Assembly: GCA_964431705.1 (NCBI GenBank)
Contig: CAYSJY010000042.1
Location: 1-10,296 of the forward strand
DNA length: 10,296 nucleotides
From: an uncultured Muribaculaceae bacterium
Lineage (GTDB): Bacteria; Bacillota_I; Bacilli_A; RF39; UBA660
Reading direction: 5' to 3'
Part shown: positions 7,706 to 10,296 of the stretch, in pieces
Layout: each line of letters begins with the position of its first letter
How positions within the stretch are numbered: position 1 is the first letter of the stretch
Notes under the pieces: generated by a model
What the model was told of the DNA's origin: nothing
Database searches by the model: none
What the model saw: the letters and a program-made list of their open reading frames with translations, nothing else
Position numbers and translations under genes: made by a program

Positions 7706-8890
7706 ATGGATTATGAAAATAGTATATTTACTGATTTTGGCTATGTTAGTAATTATTTTGGGTTTGGAACATTTTCAATGAATACTGGAAAAGGAGGTAT
7801 GAATGAAGAGTTTTATATACAGGGAAAGATAAGAAAGTCAAATGTAAAAACATTCTTTATTTTTTCTATGGTTATTTTAATATTTTTTGTTGCCCGTTCA
7901 TATGAAGTTACAAAGAATTTTTTGCCTATTTTTTTAACTTTTATTATTACTTTAATATTGCTGTTTATAAGATATAAAATTTTATTTAGAAAATCAAAGA
8001 TAAAAGAAAAAGTTGATTTTTATAATAGACAATTACCAAGTAATTTAAAACCAGCCCATGTGAGGATGTTATTAAAAGATGGGGTAATTGATCAAATATC
8101 TTTAGCAGCAACATTATTAGACTTAATTGACAGGGGATATCTTACAATAGACAACGTTGAAAGGAAAAGAGAAATTTTTGCCACGAAAGTAAATATTACA
8201 ATTAGTCGTACGCCAAAATCATTAGAAGGTTTACTCGAATTCGAAAAATTTGTTATTTATTGGTTTATCGATATTTGTGGTAACGGAAATAAAATTTCTA
8301 GTATTGAATTAAATAAATGTTTAAAAACAACTGAAAACTTTTCGCCAAATGCTTATTTTTCAAAATTTAAAAGTTTGGTAATGTTATCTTTTCCAATATT
8401 AGAATTTTATAAAAAAAATAAAAATAAAAATTTTATTTATTTTATTTTCGTTCTTGTTTTTTTTGCAGGAATGATTATAAATCCTAACTTTATATTTTAT
8501 CCTTTGTTAATATTTTTTCCAATATATGGTCTTGGTGGTTTGATGTTTTTATTAACACCTTATTTGCTAAAAGAAAAGGGTTTTAAAGAAATAAGACTAT
8601 GGAAATCCTTAAAGATGTTTTTAGATTCTTTTTCTAATATTAATAAAAGAACAGTGGAAGAAATTAATTTATGGGATTATTATATTCCATACGCAGTATG
8701 TTTAGATAGTAATGATGCATCAAAAACTGATATTTATAATTTTTTTGGTAAAGATATTAATAGGGGTTATGAACGGAATAATTATAACAAAGAAGAAGTT
8801 GGATATGGTGAATCATTAGAACTTAATAAAAAAATAATTGATAAAATAAATGAGGAAACAAAAAAATATAACTTTCATTCTTATTTATAA
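7706..8890 (+). CDS. DUF2207-like polytopic membrane protein lacking the usual N-terminal extracytoplasmic domain
   Basis: 394 aa. RBS AAAGGAGA ends 9 nt upstream of the ATG, which lies 18 nt after the uvrB stop. There are two N-terminal TM helices. The segment PSNLKPAHVRMLLKDGVIDQISLAATLLDLIDRGYLTID resembles the DUF2207 'P..L.PAE.G.L......D..ATLLDLA.RGYL.I' core as I recall it. Two more TM helices follow, then LWKSLKMFLDSFS...INLWDYYIPYAVCL, which resembles the family's W.GF..YL..F......LWE.YLPYA.ALG segment. The assignment is from memory of the family pattern only. Confidence 0.55.
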   Translation: MDYENSIFTDFGYVSNYFGFGTFSMNTGKGGMNEEFYIQGKIRKSNVKTFFIFSMVILIFFVARSYEVTKNFLPIFLTFIITLILLFIRYKILFRKSKIKEKVDFYNRQLPSNLKPAHVRMLLKDGVIDQISLAATLLDLIDRGYLTIDNVERKREIFATKVNITISRTPKSLEGLLEFEKFVIYWFIDICGNGNKISSIELNKCLKTTENFSPNAYFSKFKSLVMLSFPILEFYKKNKNKNFIYFIFVLVFFAGMIINPNFIFYPLLIFFPIYGLGGLMFLLTPYLLKEKGFKEIRLWKSLKMFLDSFSNINKRTVEEINLWDYYIPYAVCLDSNDASKTDIYNFFGKDINRGYERNNYNKEEVGYGESLELNKKIIDKINEETKKYNFHSYL

Positions 8891-8926
8891 TATTTTTAAG
8901 TAAAAATTAAAATATAACTTATAATA

Positions 8927-8972
8927 AAATGTAATTTATAAAGTAGGTTATGCTGCTTTGCAAATTACATTT
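8927..8972. terminator. Hairpin between the convergent DUF2207-like and XRE genes (candidate bidirectional terminator)
   Basis: Perfect 11-bp inverted repeat AAATGTAATTT (8927-8937) / AAATTACATTT (8962-8972). The stem can extend inward (AAAG 8940-8943 pairs with CTTT 8956-8959), leaving a loop of about 12 nt. It is flanked by A-rich sequence 5' and a T-rich run 3'. The right arm touches the XRE stop codon (8972-8974). Confidence 0.45.
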
Positions 8973-9301
8973 TATTTTTCTTCATCATCTCTTTTTTTAA
9001 TTGTTTTACAATACCAAATCACTTCTTTTTTTTCTTTGGTGTTTAGTTTAGAAAAATTATTTAATAATTCTTCATTTAAATTATTTTCTTTATATATTGT
9101 AGAATTAGGATTATCTGTTCTGTCAAGTAAGTAATCAACTGATGTATCTAAAAAGTCAGCTATTTTTATTAATGTGTTAGCACTTGGAAACGCTTTTCCA
9201 CTTTCATAGGCACTAATCGTTTCTTGAGATACTTCAGCTGCAATTGACAATCTTATTTGTGTTATGTTTTTCTTTTTTCTTAGTTCTTTTAATTTTTTCA
9301 T
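8972..9301 (-). CDS. XRE-family (Cro/C1-type) helix-turn-helix transcriptional regulator
   Basis: 109 aa. LKELRKKKNITQIRLSIAAEVSQETISAYESGKAFPSANTLIKIADFLDTSVDYLLDRTDNP is a textbook HTH_3/XRE domain including the YLL.R.D.P tail. It is followed by a charged extension of about 45 aa. The gene is monocistronic and divergent from the 9428 and 9823 genes. Confidence 0.85.
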   Translation of the reverse strand: MKKLKELRKKKNITQIRLSIAAEVSQETISAYESGKAFPSANTLIKIADFLDTSVDYLLDRTDNPNSTIYKENNLNEELLNNFSKLNTKEKKEVIWYCKTIKKRDDEEK

Positions 9302-9427
9302 AATACCACTTCTTTAAATATTTCTATAATAATTCTATAAAAAGTATTTGTATTTTTTAGATATATGTTATATACTAAATATAGTTACAGTTTGTATTAT
9401 TATATGTAGTATCTTAATAATTATGCT

Positions 9428-9805
9428 GTGAGTATTAGAAAGGAGTGTATAACAACGGAAAAAGAATCTTTATTAATTGATACAAAACCTAGTGCAGTTA
9501 TTTTAATTCCACATATATGTTTAATGTTTTTTATGGTAGGTTTTTTTACAATTTGGAAACCATTATTTAATATGATTAGTACAGATATAAGAATAACAAC
9601 AAAAAGAATATCTGCTAAAACAGGTATATTTAAAGTTATTAGTATGGATAGTCCTATCAACAAAGTAACGTCCATAAAAATAACACAATCATTTTTTGGA
9701 AAAATTTTTAATTATGGAACAATATGTATTAATGTTATGAATGCTTGGTATTATTTTGATTACATACCAGATCCAGAAAAAATAAAAGAAATAATTATGA
9801 GTTAA
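9428..9805 (+). CDS. Small membrane-anchored bacterial PH-domain protein (bPH_2 / YdbS-like, formerly DUF304); start codon uncertain
   Basis: The protein has one N-terminal TM helix (AVILIPHICLMFFMVGFFTIW). It is followed by IRITTKRISAKTGIFKVISMDSPINKVTSIKITQSFFGKIFNYGTICI, which matches the bPH_2 pattern (y.iT..rl....G.......i.l..I.sv...q....r..g.g.l.i). The tracked start is GTG 9428, which has no RBS. See the finding on start ambiguity. Confidence 0.65.
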   Translation: MSIRKECITTEKESLLIDTKPSAVILIPHICLMFFMVGFFTIWKPLFNMISTDIRITTKRISAKTGIFKVISMDSPINKVTSIKITQSFFGKIFNYGTICINVMNAWYYFDYIPDPEKIKEIIMS

Positions 9806-9822
9806 GTAAAGGAGTTGTTTAA

Positions 9823-10296
9823 ATGAAAACGTGCAAATATTGTAAAAGTGATATTAATAGTAAAGCAAAAGTATGTCCAAATTGTGGTAAAAAGCAAGGG
9901 ATGCCAGGCTGTCTTATCGCAATTATTATTTTTATTGTTATTATAGTAATTGTAGCTATATCATCATCTGGAACAAGTGATAATAATGATTCTGGTACTA
10001 CTGGTACTACTACAAATGAAGAAAAATTTACTTTAGTTGAAGTGACAAGTGCGGCACCAGATGATTATAATTTTGCTTATTATATAGAAGGATCAATAAA
10101 AAATAATATGGATAAGGATTATGATTATGTCCAAGTTACATTTACAACATATGATGCTGATGGTAATACGTTAGGGACTTGCCTAGATAATAATAGCGGT
10201 TTAGAAGCTAATGGAACGTGGAAATTTAAAGCGATTTGCTTGGATAGTGTTGAACAAATTTCATCTTATAAATTAAAAGAAATAACTGGTTGGTAA
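9823..10296 (+). CDS. Zinc-ribbon / single-TM / extracytoplasmic beta-rich domain protein (FxLYD- or DUF4352-like ectodomain)
   Basis: 157 aa. RBS AAAGGAG lies 9 nt upstream. The N-terminus has CxxC-x11-CxxC (CKYCKSDINSKAKVCPNCGKK), then the TM helix CLIAIIIFIVIIVIVAI and an S/T/N/G-rich linker. A domain of about 95 aa begins FTLVE... with YYIEGSIKNN...VQVTFTTYDADGNTLG...GTWKFKA. This resembles the FxLYD-type domains found behind zinc-ribbon/TM anchors in Firmicutes. The stop codon is the last triplet of the window. Confidence 0.6.
   Translation: MKTCKYCKSDINSKAKVCPNCGKKQGMPGCLIAIIIFIVIIVIVAISSSGTSDNNDSGTTGTTTNEEKFTLVEVTSAAPDDYNFAYYIEGSIKNNMDKDYDYVQVTFTTYDADGNTLGTCLDNNSGLEANGTWKFKAICLDSVEQISSYKLKEITGW

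Noticed and set aside
7790-7801. Strong internal AAAGGAGG followed by ATG (GGMNEEF) as an alternative start for the DUF2207-like gene
   Set aside because: Only 1 nt separates GGAGG from the in-frame ATG at 7799, which is too short for initiation. The out-of-frame ATG at 7803 opens only a 9-codon ORF. ATG 7706 has a properly spaced RBS.
8401-8460. Extreme A/T homopolymer-rich stretch (AAAAAAAATAAAAATAAAAATTTTATTTATTTTATTTT)
   Set aside because: It stays in frame and encodes KKNKNKNFIYFIF at a loop/TM boundary of the DUF2207-like protein. There is no evidence of a slippage-disrupted frame or a regulatory element.
8950-9000. 16-codon plus-strand ORF (MLLCKLHFIFLHHLFF) after an AGTAGG motif in the convergent intergenic region
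   Set aside because: The SD-like motif is only 2 nt from the ATG. The ORF runs antisense into the XRE gene 3' end and overlaps the terminator hairpin.
9344-9398. Direct repeat TTTGTATT (9347-9354 and 9391-9398) and imperfect palindrome TAGATATATGTTATATACTA (9358-9377) as XRE operators
   Set aside because: These are 8-mers and imperfect symmetries made almost only of A/T, which are expected by chance in a 126-bp region of this composition. They may be operators, but the sequence alone does not support a call.
9421-9675. 84-aa minus-strand ORF overlapping the PH-domain gene
   Set aside because: It is antisense to a frame with a recognisable bPH_2 pattern. It would start inside the neighbouring coding region without an RBS, and it is hydrophobic low-complexity sequence. 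It is probably a shadow ORF.
1-10296. Search for tRNA/rRNA genes, CRISPR repeats, IS or transposase ends, integrases, riboswitch or T-box leaders
   Set aside because: None seen. There are no spaced direct repeats, no cloverleaf-capable GC-rich segments and no long terminal inverted repeats. The intergenic regions are short or purely AT-rich, without conserved structured-RNA cores that I can recognise by eye.

Overview
This is a very AT-rich chromosomal segment that reads UGA as stop (code 11) and looks like a low-GC Gram-positive (Bacillota-like) genome. All family assignments below come from reading motifs by eye, not from database searches.

The left three quarters are a conserved housekeeping block.
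- A minus-strand Fur-family repressor (117-482) carries a perfect 23-bp Zur/Fur-type palindrome on its own promoter.
- A tightly packed plus-strand string follows: prfB, a YitT-family membrane protein, ftsE, ftsX and a coiled-coil M23/LytM peptidase, joined by three stop/start overlaps.
- prfB (694-1792) needs a programmed +1 frameshift at CTT-TGA 757-762, which the ORF track cannot show.
- A terminator hairpin and then uvrB (most likely 5736-7688) complete the block.

The right quarter (7706-10296) does not continue into uvrA as is usual. It encodes only small membrane or regulatory proteins.
- A DUF2207-like polytopic membrane protein without the usual ectodomain starts 18 nt after uvrB.
- A hairpin and a minus-strand XRE-family HTH regulator follow.
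- Divergent from the regulator are a small bPH_2 (YdbS-like PH-domain) membrane protein and a zinc-ribbon/TM/beta-sandwich (FxLYD-like) protein.

I saw no rRNA, tRNA, CRISPR array, transposase or integrase. I cannot point to a clearly enzymatic novel system. The XRE-linked membrane-protein islet behind uvrB is the best candidate for something undescribed, and it remains speculative.
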